A stretch of DNA of 64,000 bases, taken from positions 29,642,401-29,706,400 of the forward strand of contig CM120641.1 of NCBI GenBank assembly GCA_051362555.1, in the 5' to 3' direction. Positions 1 to 12,097 of this stretch are shown here, piece by piece. The notes beneath the pieces are model-generated. The model saw only the letters and a program-made list of their open reading frames with translations. It searched no databases and was not told the origin of the DNA. Position 1 is the first letter of the stretch; the number at the start of each line of letters is the position of its first letter. The translations under genes and the position numbers were made by a program. The DNA comes from Lingula anatina. Taxonomy: Eukaryota; Animalia; Brachiopoda.

Positions 1-58
1 CGACAAAACCGGAAAATTGGTCTAAAATCGGCTAAGTTTTTCCGGAGCCCCAAAATCA

Positions 59-131
59 AAGGTTCGCTATGCCGAAGGTTCGCTGTGCCGAAAGGATCTG
101 GTTCGCTGTGCCGAGGGTTCGCTGCGCCGAA
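59..131 (+). repeat. Left subterminal array, about 4 copies of the 16-bp unit
   Basis: ggttcgctatgccgaa / ggttcgctgtgccgaa / ggttcgctgtgccgag / ggttcgctgcgccgaa. Confidence 0.9.
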
Positions 132-790
132 GAAGTCGGCTACCCATCACCCATTGTGCTTGTTATGTAACGTGACGAGCAGTGGCCTTTTTTTTTTTAA
201 TAAACGAGTTTAAAAAGTTCTCTTCTTCCATCCGTACAATTTGAATTTGTTAAAACTGCGCATTGAAGGTTTATCCTTATGGGCATAAACATCTTAAATC
301 GCTTTAAATAATCAGTTCTGTAAGTTAATTTATTAATTATTTTTGGCACTATGGGCGTCACCCACTTTAGGAAATTACTGAAAAGAAAACATCTTTTTAT
401 TTATTATCATTATACTTTTAGTAGTCGTAATTGTCACATGCAGTTATTTTAGCTTCGTAATTTTGTTATTATCTATCTAATTACTATTTATTATTGATTT
501 AATGACATATAGTTTTATATTTGTGTGCTGTGTTACTTTTGATAATTAATTGCGTTAGCCAACTAGCACATGTACCTCTCAGAACTGATAAAGATACTTA
601 TTTAAATGTCAGAATACGTAACGAAATATCATTTATTGCATGCATGTCTGTGAGCGGGGGGAGGGGAAACCCTTGATTATAAATGTACGGATAATTCGTT
701 CGAATGCTAACATATATTGGAATCAAATTTTCTTTAACAAACTGACCAGTTAGTTAAGACGGCAAGTGATGCATATTTATTTTCATATTG

Positions 791-2125
791 CTATACCATT
801 TCAGTTTTTAATATAAAGTTTTTACAAAGTTTATTTTTCATATTGTATATTTTGTAGGGCCTACATTTATGGACTAAATTATCCTTCACCTTTGTATTTA
901 GGGGTTTTAGGAAATTGTCCAAAGAAGGAATATCAAGGAATTCTTTTCTGTTTGAAATAAACATCTTATAAATGTCATAAATATCTTTTCGATCTTTCCA
1001 AAAAAATCCTTCAATATTGTAATATCTGTCATAAATCCCTTTTTGATCTTTCAAAATAAACCACCCAAAAATAGTTAATATTTGATCCATTATTTTTGCT
1101 ATAGTCATACACCAAAGTATTTTTGATATTTTCGTCAATAAATATTACCACTGTGCCTTTTGTGATGGTAGTATGTGCTTTCAATCAATCAGCAGCTGTC
1201 TAACAGGTTTTATTATAATTGTTTCCTGATATACAGTTCTTAATTGTGAAGAAGTACGGCAAAGGACGATCGCTTTCCGACATCTTGTTCTTATTTTTCT
1301 ATGTTTTACTTGGCAAATTGAAAGGGTCTCTTCGTCGCCCCAATAATCCTAAGTCGCAGCCATAAGAACACAAGATTATTGCACATGTTGAATGCTTTTG
1401 ATTAACTTGACAACGTGTATTGTAACTTGAGATATAAAAGAGAATTTTCCCCCTGGAATAAGTGTATACGAGAGTCTTCATCTTTATCCTGCAACAAACG
1501 TGCGATTAATAAATGTACGCAGCGTTGCAGCAATTTATTGGAATTAATCTGCAAATAAATTTAATGGTATTGGGTTTCGGCCTGTATTTTCTTTTTTGCC
1601 ATAGTAATACACCAAAGTATTTTTGATTTTTTTCGGCAATAAATATTACCACTATGTCTTTTATGATGGCCGTTTGTTTTAATAACCGTTAAGACTTAAA
1701 GCCCATGCTTAACCATTAACCTTTTGCCCGACTTATTCATATAAGCCGAACAGCCTTTATTAAGACACCTACTTCTTAAAAACTGATGTCCACATTTTCA
1801 TATCACATTACAGGCGCCTCATACAATGTTTACATGACACCAGAGTGTAGAAGTACATCAAAGACCGATCCCTCCCGATATTTTTAATCTTATTTTCTAT
1901 GTTTTACTTGGCAAAGTGAACGGGTATTTCCGTCGCCATTAATCTTCAGTCCCAGCCTTCTGAAGTCAAGATTTCTGAAAATGAATCTTGCTTTTGATGA
2001 GCTTGCATCGCGTAATGCAAGTTGAAATGTTTCAAATTAAATGTACCAACACCCCCAAAATAGTGAATTATTCGTATGCATGTGTATTAATAAGATGTAC
2101 GCATAGTTACAGCAATTTATTACAA
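791..2125 (-). pseudogene. Decayed, tandemly duplicated short-ORF cassette inside the transposon; product unknown
   Basis: About 1090-1545 and 1590-2125 are diverged direct copies (shared atagt(c/a)atacaccaaagtatttttgat, ctatgttttacttggcaaa, atgtacgca..cagcaatttatt). The minus strand reads ...TTITKGTVVIFIDENIKNTLVYDYSKN, then shifts frame into the 791..1138 ORF. Confidence 0.35.
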
Positions 2126-3356
2126 AATTGGTTTTATTAATTTGTTCTTCATTTCCACGCAACGTACTTTAACACACTTTTCACCTTTTTACATATACAT
2201 ATTTCAAAGCTCTTGTTAAATGTTTAAAAGTGTCCAATTTTGAAAAAAGTGTTGTAACGACAACGATGTTATGGAGTCTTCAATCACTTATTTACCACTC
2301 CCTCTTCATACAATTTTACAAGTATTTATACTATATTATAATATTTTTATTGTGTTCTTTAAATTGTTTATAACGTGATTTCCAGTTTTCCATACTTATG
2401 TTGACTTTACCTTAGAACACAACCTTGTTAGGCAATGTCTAATAGCTTTTTTTTTAACTAAAATTAGCAAAAATAGTATTTGCAATACTCATACTAGATT
2501 CATATCCAAAACTCAGTCATCATGCGAGAAATAGTAGAACGAAATTTAAATTATATTATGTTATGAAGTTAACCAATCACATAAACTGTTAATGACTTTC
2601 TTTAACCTTTTCCTTCTTTTTCTGACACAAAAAAATGTTCTACATTTGTTGACTCTGGCTGAAACTTGACCTACACAGAATATCACTTTTAATGTTTGAT
2701 TTCCCTTCATTACTAATAGTAATTAGCGTAACTTTACAACGACAGGATTAAATTTATTGAAAAAAAGGTTCTCATGAATAATTTTTTGATGTTATGTGCT
2801 TTTATAAACATATGTACCCTTATACTTTCAAATACAAACTTTATACTCTGTCAGTGGTCCATCGCGATGTGTAACGTTGCATCGTCAGTTTAAGTAAATA
2901 ATTGTCAGCAAATTTCAACGCCTTTTATGTTTTTATTATGCCCAAATACTTCACATTATTGCTGACAATATTACACACTTAATTGCATTTAGTTATGCCA
3001 CTGTTTCGTTGTGCTTTAACACAGTAATTGTAATATGTTGTTGTATTTTATTTATAATATATTGTTTTTATATCGTATAATTTTAGCGTCAAATAGATGA
3101 GCACATTCAACTGAAATATGCCACGCCATCTTACGCTGTTCATCTTGATTTTCATTTTAAAATTGCTATTTTCAAGTAGCCACTTGTCCACTTATTCCCA
3201 CTCCCCATTGGGAAACATATTTCCTGTATTCATAAGGAAAGTTAAACCAATTAGTGGACACCGGGCATTCACATGTAAAGATTATATGTAAGATAATTAA
3301 AAAAAGACGTGTAATTGCCGAATTAATCTGTAATTATTATATAATCTCTTGCTGCG

Positions 3357-3393
3357 TATAAAAGAGAAAAAAAGACGACGCGGTCGTTCATTC
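3357..3393 (+). promoter_or_regulatory. TATA box plus initiator of the transposase gene
   Basis: TATAAAA at 3357-3363 and TCATTC at 3388-3393 (about 30 bp downstream), just upstream of the ATG at 3426. Confidence 0.55.
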
Positions 3394-3425
3394 TGAGACC
3401 ACCCAAAGGCTCAAGTGGTAGTTAA

Positions 3426-3879
3426 ATGGCGCAAATAGCGGTACCCCGAATTTCGGTTGGAAATCGGGGCGGAAAAATCTTGATTTTCGATGGACATCGG
3501 TATCATAGAAACAAAGTTGGTCAACAATACATTTTCTGGCGTTGTTGGAGAAGCAATTGTCGTGCATTTTTGAAAACAGAGCGTTTTGAGATTGAACTAG
3601 GTGCGAGGGACATCCGTGTTGTCCACGCTGGAGACCACAACCATACTCCAGATGACGATGAGGTAGATAGGACGTTGGTGATGGAGCAGTTTCGGCAGCA
3701 GGTCGAGGCGGACATTACCAGACCCATCAGACGAACATATGATGTGGTGGCAAGGGACATCCAGCAAGCCGGTGATCTCCCCATCCCCAGCTTCAACGAG
3801 GTCCGTTCAATTCTGGGTCGTGCCAGGTCTGCCCACATGCCACCTGTACCCCGTAACATCGCTGATGTTAACATATTTG
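3426..3879 (+). CDS. Transposase exon 1 (FLYWCH domain)
   Basis: ATG 3426; FLYWCH C/H pattern; donor G|GTAAGT at 3880. Confidence 0.85.
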
Positions 3880-6800
3880 GTAAGTACTTTACAATTAAGC
3901 TCTTTATATTTATCCTTTACTTCGAATCTTGAACTCGAAAAATTAAATACAAAAACAAAGCCAAAGCCAAACAATCAATGTTTTCAGCCGTTCATTGATA
4001 TTCAAAATTAAACAATTTAAAATATATAATAATGAAAAAATATGATATAAACTCTGGTCAATCAAAAGACAAACGACACATCTTATTAGACTTTGCTTCG
4101 ATTTTAAGGCGAACTCGAGTTACAAGCCAAATGGTCATCTTGTCTTGATATAATTATCAGTTATCTATAATTTTAATACGGATCGATAATTTAAACAGTG
4201 AGCGGTATGAATGAATGTACTAAAAAAAGGCGTAACGGATGTAAGGTGACATGCATTCTGTAAAGTGTTTTTATCCGCAGTATTCACTTATTGGGCAATC
4301 GAATGGATTTTAAAAGTACTTGGTCCTGTCCAGGCAAAACGTTTTAAAACTTTATAGGGCAACATTTTCTTCGAAATTATTCAGTGACTGATGTTAAGCT
4401 ATAATGTGGGACAACCCAACTTCTGTGCGCTAGAATCCCTTTTGATGGAATGCACAACTTAAAATATACATATAGCAATGCCTTTTTTTAAAACTTGCTG
4501 TATTATGAGTTTAAAAAGGGCACTATAACACCATTAAGCATTTTACTTATTTCACATTAAAGTGTAATTTAGGTTGTGGGTTACTGAGCGACAATTATTA
4601 TATTACGACGGTGTCCTATCTAAACAAAAAATTCAACATAAAACTACCATGTATGTTAAAAAGAGAGAGGAATTCAAATTAAATAAGAACATAAACACTT
4701 AAAGGGGGAATTATTAACCTTTAATTTTATTTTATTTGTTATTTTAATTAGTCTTTTTTTTTTTTTTGGGGGGGGGGGGGGGGCAAATACTCTCTGTGCG
4801 TATTGCGGCATGTAGACCCTCGGGGATTCCGTCGAAGTGGCACATTATAGGCCTACATTGGGACCCGGTCGTTAAATGCTGCAAGGCAAAAAAAAAAAAA
4901 AAAATTAGGCCCCTTTATAAGCTGCGTCAGGTAGCATTAGAAATTTGGCCGAGTTTCTTGTAATGGCTGGAAGAACACAGAAAATGGTCATTAGCAAAAA
5001 CATCTGTGTATTATATATTATTATACATTGCTTTCCCTGCTAGCATGAGCAAAAATTGTTAACGTACTGTTACATTAAGATGGCCTGGATTTTAAGTAAT
5101 GTACATTGCGTGAACACCGCTTCTTATTAATACTAAAGCCCATTACAGGGACGATCATACCAGGATTCCACAAATGCAATCCTCTGAATACTGGCACTCT
5201 GAGGCAGACCTAAGATTTCAATGAAATATATACTGTTTTCGTGAAAATGAAGTCAACAAATGTTTTTTGATAAAAATTCTCTACTATTACATAAGGAATT
5301 TAAACACTTATGAAAGCCAGAAACGCATATGCAATGGAGAAACTCAAAGGATGGAAATGAAAAACAAGATAGGCTGATGTTAAAGTCGAGTTATTTACAC
5401 AACTATAAAATATTACACATATGTTGGTTATAGAATATACATAGGTTCCGTTCAACTAGTCAAAAATCTAACTTGAAGAGGGTACCAGAAAGCGAAAGGG
5501 GGGGGGGAGGGTCAGGACCCCCATGACCTACACTCGAAATCCGCCACTGCTCTGCAGATTGACATATGGTTATCACGTAGGACACGCATCTGCTAATCTG
5601 CAGCAGGCGTTAAGTCATCTAATTAGCACTGTGTCATCGATAATTAATCTCGTCTGCTACTGTTTACCTCCTACATAGGTTGAAATTGAAATGAATCGAG
5701 TAATTTATGTGCTTTTAAGTGTTACACTGAAATTTTCCATACTTAACCAGAGCAAGAGTTGTTACATGTAAGTGTATAAAAAAACATTTAACCTACCTGA
5801 TTACAGCTTTTAAAATAGATACTAGAAAAAAAACCCACCGAGAAAGTTAATGCATACAAACTGTCAGACCGACAATAGACACGTGTTTGCCAAAATATGT
5901 CCGTTTAAAATTAAACGAAGCGTCAAGAAGATGCCAAATACTACTATGCACTATTGCAATAGTAAAATAGGACCCAGTGCTACTTGCTGAATGCAATTGT
6001 TGCTTCAATAAGACAATATTGTTACTGCATCTCGACAATTCTCTCGCGCAAAAATGTCGGCTACATGCATGCTAGTACTGATGTCAGCTAGTACCATTTT
6101 TCTTGCCAAGACAGTCCTTAAAACTTCACATTATGGTTAAAATAGAATGATAAGTTCAAAAAAGCACCAAAAATGACAAATAAATATCCATTCCATAAAA
6201 TGAACCACAGTTTACCATCGATTTTAAAGCAAATTCTAATGAAAACCTAAATAATTAGGGGGCCTAGTCTATCTTGATAAGAATTGTCATGGAGGCCTAT
6301 ATATGGCCTAATGCAGGATAATGTCATTAACAGCAAGGGGCATGAATGAATACTATATAAGAATTGATCCACAAAACGAAAGGCATAACGTTTTAAAGTA
6401 AATACAGTAATTTTGATATTTTAATATTTTAATTAAATAAAAAAAATAAAAAAATGTTAAAACATATTTTGTGACCGAAGTTAGCATAACGGATGAAAGA
6501 TGACCATTAGGCCCCTATAGGCCTATCTATCATCGTAAACTGTGGTATTAGGACTAGGCCTATTTTCTATAAATATATTGAAGGGAATTTATATAAAACG
6601 TCTTAACTTTCTAAAGCAACTCATACTCAAATTTGATCCGTTACCGAGGTTAGGCTTAATGTGACACCCCAACTTTTGAGTGTTAGGGCCTATCAATATC
6701 CATGATGGAACGCATCTTTTAAAATAACAAATAGCACTGTTTTATTAAACTTTGTGTGTTATGGATTTGGAAAATGCAAAGTCCCTTTAAAGAGTATTTC

Positions 6801-7058
6801 GTCTATGCTGACGTTTATTTAAAAAACGTTACGGAGGTTAGGGGTTGCTGAGCTGAGTTACAATGATTAAACTATGACTGTGTCGTAATTAAATAACAAA
6901 TTCGACAGAGATCCCCATGCATGAAGAAAGTAACATGAATTCAAAGCCATAACTGCTTTAATGATCACATATTCTAATCATGAAATTATATTTTATTGTT
7001 TATTATATATTATTTCATTATTATTATTTATTTATTATTATATATATATTATCAACAG

Positions 7059-7320
7059 GATCGTGGGCGGAAACATGGAGGGGAGACAACAACCTGATCC
7101 TCCAAGATAATGCGTGGGGAATTGTGCTCTTTGGAACAGACGCCAACATGGTGCATCTCCAGCAGTGCGAGGACATCTTTATGGACGGCACTTTTCGGTC
7201 TTGTCCGGGCCCTTATCGCCAGGTATTCACCGTCCATGGCCTTCGCCGTGGCCGCGTGGAAGTACTGGCAGCGTGCTTGATGGAGGCCCGGACAATTGGC
7301 CATTATATTAAGTTTTGCAG
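7059..7320 (+). CDS. Transposase exon 2 (first catalytic Asp, DGTF)
   Basis: Acceptor caacag|; LFGTDANM..DIFMDGTFRSCP..QVFTVHG; donor CAG|GTGAAT. Confidence 0.85.
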
Positions 7321-7545
7321 GTGAATTAAACATTTTTATTTCGGTTTACCTTTTTTAATCTGTAAATTTGGCTATGGTAGCTGACTTCAAAGATTAAACT
7401 ATTGCGTCGGCAGCTTATCTCTCATTCTATATGCTTAAAGTCTGGATAACGGATGCAATTAAGGCTCGAAATTTTAGAATTACTTATCAGAGGTGCAAAT
7501 GAAAATTTTTGTTAACCCGCAGGTAAAAATATGACATATTTTCAG

Positions 7546-7990
7546 GCCCTTAAGAGAAAAGTTCGGGAGGTAACCCGTCACCGATGGAGGCCCACCAGAG
7601 TCATCTGTGACTTCGAGGTGGGTCTCCACACCGCCCTCGAGACAGAACTTAGAAGGACCGACATTGCTGGGTGTTTTTTTCACTTCTGTCAATCTTTGTG
7701 GCGGCGCGTCCAGGAACTGGGGTTGGTGCCTATTTGTAGGCGCAACCCCAGGGTAAGGCAGTGCATTCGGAAGTTCATGTCGTTGGGTTACTTACCCTTG
7801 GCGCTTGTTCGTCAGAACTTCCTAATGCACTGCAATGCCCGCAGGACACGCCGCTACATTCGGCGCTTCCCCGCAATGGGGGAGTTTTGCCAATACGTGA
7901 ACAACACGTACATAGAAGGGACGTTTCCTCCCGTCACATGGAATGTGTACGGGAGGAACATGGATACAAGAACCAACAATCACGTTGAAA
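7546..7990 (+). CDS. Transposase exon 3 (CDFE, CxxH, TNNxxE)
   Basis: Acceptor tttcag|; donor A|GTAAGT at 7991. Confidence 0.85.
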
Positions 7991-8534
7991 GTAAGTTCAG
8001 AAATGTTATCATTGTTTATTGATACTGTTTAGGTGAAACGCTCATTCTCAATATATAGGCAAGTGTAATGTTAATTTTTTTTTTATTTTATTTAAAGTAA
8101 ATATTACGAGTTGAAGATTTTCCCTTCATACTGATGTGAATTTTCAAATTTTTGAAAGATTAAAAAAGGCAAGATTTGGCGAGAATGATCAATTTCTGTC
8201 ACCAGAGATGTACGAAAAGGAAATATCGGAAAAATATCCTCAGCTTTGAGATTCACTTTTCTAATATATACAAATAAACTCATGTACTGGGCGAGACTGA
8301 AAAGAGAATGTGATATATGTACTGTTTACACACTGACATGTCATGGCGCAAAGCAAAATTAAAAACACCTATACAATTAAACCTTTCCGATTTGCAGAGC
8401 TGTATTTCATATTAATAATGCATGTCTAGTGATGCAAACTTTTCATCACTTTTACAAATTAGGGTACAATCGCACGCACTAAAAGGTCCACAACCTTATT
8501 CTTAATTGCACTAATGCTCTAGTTTCTTTAACAG

Positions 8535-8797
8535 GTTTCAACAAGAAACTTAATGATTCGGTTGGTGTTAGGCACCCAACAATTTGGCGATTCATTACCA
8601 CATTGAAGGACATCCAGGGCCAGACGGAGCGCTCCATCCGGGCTGCTGACCGAGGGGATCCTCAGCCCCAGAGGAGGCAGAAGTGGAGACGGATGGAGCG
8701 GCGCCTGAAGACCCTGCGAAGGGAGTACAGGCGGGGGGACAGAGACCTAGAAGAGTATTGGGAGGCAGTGACACACTGCCTCCACAACTTTGAATAA
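8535..8797 (+). CDS. Transposase exon 4 (C-terminus)
   Basis: Acceptor taacag|; SFNKKLNDSVGVRHPTIWRFITTLK...HNFE; stop TAA 8795-8797. Confidence 0.85.
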
Positions 8798-9459
8798 AAG
8801 GTACGGTTTAACAAAATTTTATGACGATTTAACGAAATATTAGCAGTTGCGGTGATCTCGTTTTAATGCATTTATGTTACGTTTTATGCCCCAAGCCTTA
8901 TAGCTTTATTTAGTTGTCTTTAGGCCTGATGTCGCCCGCTTTATATGTTCAGCTGCTTTTAAAGATATCATTCAGTAGTTACAAGTGCGGTGCTAGCGTT
9001 TAACCCACGTCCTTTTTATGCGTCGAGCTTTGACTTAAATTTGTTGTGTCCAGTAGCATATATGAGATTACTTGTAAAAGTAATAGGTGCGGTGATCGCA
9101 TTTTTACGGTATTGATATGTTTTATCATTGCAGTAGGCTTGAAAAAGAGACTAAGGTTGGAGTCCTGTCATTTAAGTGGATAGAACATCGTTGTCACCTC
9201 CAGATGTATCCACGGGTTAAGGGTCAGGCAGGCAGGCAGGCAGGCAGGCTGGGAAAGGCTCGAAGATCTTCCGAAGTCTCTGTTTACATATGAAGGAAGT
9301 AAGCGATAGTCTCTCTCTGTCGTCTCTCTTCTTGCTTATTTCAGTTAAATGACATTACAATGGCTTTTCATGCTTTTTAGTTTTCCAAATATTGCAGTAT
9401 GTTGTATGTGTTCATGTTATTTGGCAGACTCCGGCTTAAAAATTGGCAAGGGAAATAGT

Positions 9460-10230
9460 GTAATATACTATATGTTTCAGACAACTAAGTTTGTTACGGT
9501 AATGGGTGTGGTTGTTTGAAAGAAAGTTAGCTGGCAGCAATGTAGGTCGAATTTGGTGTCGTTTTTTATTTTTATAATCAACATAATGTAATATAGTGCA
9601 CTATATATGTTTCAGAGAACTAAGATTGTAACGGTAGCAAAATGTGTTTTGTGTATAACATGTTCCCGTAAATCTACCGAATATTTTGCTTTTATACGAA
9701 GAGAGTTGGCTGACAGGCAGTAATGTAGGTCGGTTTCTATTTTTATAATCAACAGAATGTAATATAGTACAGTGTAGGCCTATATGTTTCAGAGAGTTAA
9801 GTTTGTTAGCTAGTGACAAGTGTTTTGCAGCAATGTAGGTCGAATTTGGTGTCGTTTTTTATTTTTATAATCAACAGAGTGTAATAAAGTGCACTATATA
9901 TGTTTCAGAGAACTAAGTTTGTTACGGTTGCAAAATGTGTTTTGTGTATATCATGTTGCCGTAAAATATCTACCGAATATTTTGCTTTGATACGATCAGT
10001 TGGCTGGCAGGCAGCAATGTAGGTCGGTTTCTATTTTTATAATCAACAGAATGTAATATAGTACAGTGTAGGCCTATATGTTTCAGAGAGTCATGTTTGT
10101 TACGGTAGTACATTGTAACAGGTGTTTTGTGTATATCGTTTTGCCGTAACATATTACCCAATATTTTGCCTTGATACTACAAGAGTTGGCAGCATTATAG
10201 GTCAAATTTAGTGTCGGTGTTTATTCTTAT
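9460..10230. repeat. Modular tandem repeat inside the transposon
   Basis: tatatgtttcagag(a)actaag(t/a)ttgt recurs near 9469, 9602, 9781, 9895 and 10076, interleaved with aatgtaggtcg...tttttataatcaaca modules. Confidence 0.85.
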
Positions 10231-10615
10231 TATCAAGACACATCTATGTTAACCAATTTCAGCATATGTATGGGTTGGAATAAAGTTGTTCTTTTTTTAA
10301 TCTATAATAATCTACGCTGTACACATCAGGCATCTTCATCTCACTTAAACCACCTTGTCAGTGAAGACGAGAAAGAATATATTTGAGTAGAAATGGCACG
10401 AATTATAAAAATAGTACTATTTGTATTCAGTGTACCTATAACCAAAGCTTGGAAATTTCACTACTGGCAAACACTTTTGAATTCAATAAAATTTATCTTT
10501 AGTTTGTAAGTTATAATGCTATGTGTTTGTTGTGTGTGTGGAGGAAGGGACCGCTACCGATATAATAATAGCAAAAGTTTAATGTAATAAACAACGATGT
10601 AGACTTAATATTTAA

Positions 10616-10730
10616 AGGATAACAACTCTTCGTAAGAGATTCATATTTCACAATAGAAGTTTAACAGCCCATAGAAGTAAATGAATTCTCTTTACCACAA
10701 AATTACGGTTATAGCAATTATTCTAGTATC
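10616..10730 (-). mobile_element. Degraded fragment of the Kolobok-like MITE family seen at 24767 and 40988
   Basis: ttaa|aggataacaactcttcgtaagagattcatatttcacaata...ggttatagcaattattct matches the reverse complement of that MITE's right end. Confidence 0.65.
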
Positions 10731-11878
10731 CTCTGAAAACTAAAATAGTTTGAATATTTTTGGCAGATAAGACAAATTAATATACTACTGAAAGAAGCTT
10801 ATAAACCTTAAAAGTCGGCGTCTAACTAAACATACCAAGTTTAAAAAATAACGAATCTCTATTAATCAAAACGGCGATGAGTGAAGCAGAGCAACACTGA
10901 ATGGTTAACTGAAATTCAGAAAATGAAGCAAATTTATCTTATGTTATAGCATTACATAAACAAATCGAGCAGCTGCACAGCATGGAGAACTTATTAAAAA
11001 AAGTTAGAGTCGGTTGCGCCAGGCAAATGGCACTGTACGAAGTCTGATTAATATCGAAAGTCCGTGCGACTTTCGTTCCTTTTCGGAACGCCAAAACATT
11101 CCTATCGAAATATATATAATGTTAAGTTTAAAATAAACAATAACCGGTCAGCATTACCATTTGCCTTTATGAGTTTCAAACGCAGAATTATTATATAACA
11201 AAACACAATACAAAATATAATTTAACATAACAGAAAAGATGAAAAGCGTTAAGTATTATTTCCGAAAGAATAACACAGAAGTTTAGGGACAGTCGCATTC
11301 TCAAACGATCTAAAAACACAAACTGTCACTGTTCTTAAACCTTCTTAAATTAAAAAAAAACTCAATGCGAAAATTAGTGTATCAATATTTTTGGTATTAG
11401 TATAAATTGTAATCTTAAAAGCGCATGCGATTATAATACGGCTTGGGCACGTACGTGCTCTGTTGAACTAAATGCATCCCCATAGGATTACCTAGAAAAA
11501 TAAATTGATTAAATTAAAAAAGTACACGACTGAAAACAACAACGAAACGATTTGCCCCCATATATAAGGAAGCTTATATTACACTTGCCACAAAATTGAT
11601 CGTAGGCCTATATCGCCTGGCAAAATGAATGAAGGCTTTAACTCAAAAATCAATTTAACTGATATATTATTTAATTTATATTTAACACACAGAATAAACT
11701 TGTATGTTTACGTAATTGTATATAAAAATACGCAATTATATATGCAGAAAATATAGTGTGTAATGCATGTTCTTTGTAGTATTAAAGGCTAGTAATGCTT
11801 TTATATATTATTTTAATAAAAAAGGTATTTTTTCAAAATATTTTCTTCAAAGTATGGGCTATCTAACTCTACGATGGC

Positions 11879-12097
11879 TTCGGCATAGCGAGCCGTCGAC
11901 GCAGCGAACCTTTCGGCACAAAATATAAACAATCGGCATAGCGAACCCTCGGCATAGCGAACCTTCGGCTCAGCGAACCCTCGGCACAGCGAACCTTCGG
12001 CATAGCGAACCCTCGGCACAGCGAACCTTCGGCATAGCGAACCCTCGGCACAGCGAACCTTCGGCATAGCGAACCCTCGGCATAGCGAAGCGCACCC
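11879..12097 (-). repeat. Right terminal array: 10 tandem 16-bp units (11934-12089) plus degenerate inner copies and the terminus GCGCACCC
   Basis: TCGGCA(T/C)AGCGAACC(C/T) units with strict C/T alternation in the last base (32-bp higher-order period); inverted relative to 59-131. Confidence 0.95.

Larger units (their letters stand above)
3426..8797 (+). pseudogene. FLYWCH zinc finger-MULE DDE transposase, 4 exons (3426-3879, 7059-7320, 7546-7990, 8535-8797), about 474 aa if a 1-nt deletion near 7310 is restored
   Basis: FLYWCH: DGHRYH..IFWRC..NCRA..DHNH. Catalytic motifs FMDGTF, ICDFE, GCFFHFCQ (CxxH), RTNNHVESFN, then HPTIWRFI. All introns are GT-AG and phases match except exon 2 (phase 2) to exon 3 (phase 0). 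Confidence 0.88.
1..12097 (+). mobile_element. Large Mutator-superfamily (FLYWCH-MULE, Phantom/Foldback-like) DNA transposon; left end probably outside the window
   Basis: The 16-bp unit GGTTCGCT(A/G)TGCCGA(A/G) occurs forward at 59-131 and as the reverse complement at 11879-12089, ending ...GCGAAGCGCACCC at 12097. A spliced FLYWCH+MULE transposase lies between. The TSD cannot be checked because the left terminus is not visible. Confidence 0.72.

Noticed and set aside
3521-3874. Antisense and alternate-frame ORFs over transposase exons (also 7052..7333, 7761..7988)
   Set aside because: Shadow ORFs of GC-richer coding exons, with no motifs
9226-9248. (CAGG)n tract, plus G-runs at about 4768-4783 and 20459-20484, as G-quadruplex or regulatory elements
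   Set aside because: Simple repeats with no supporting context; homopolymer lengths may be assembly artefacts
11879-12089. Regular repeat array resembling a CRISPR array, and the ORFs 11813..12067 and 11869..12120
   Set aside because: The units are contiguous 16-mers with no unique spacers, no cas genes are present and the context is eukaryotic. The ORFs are translations of the repeat.
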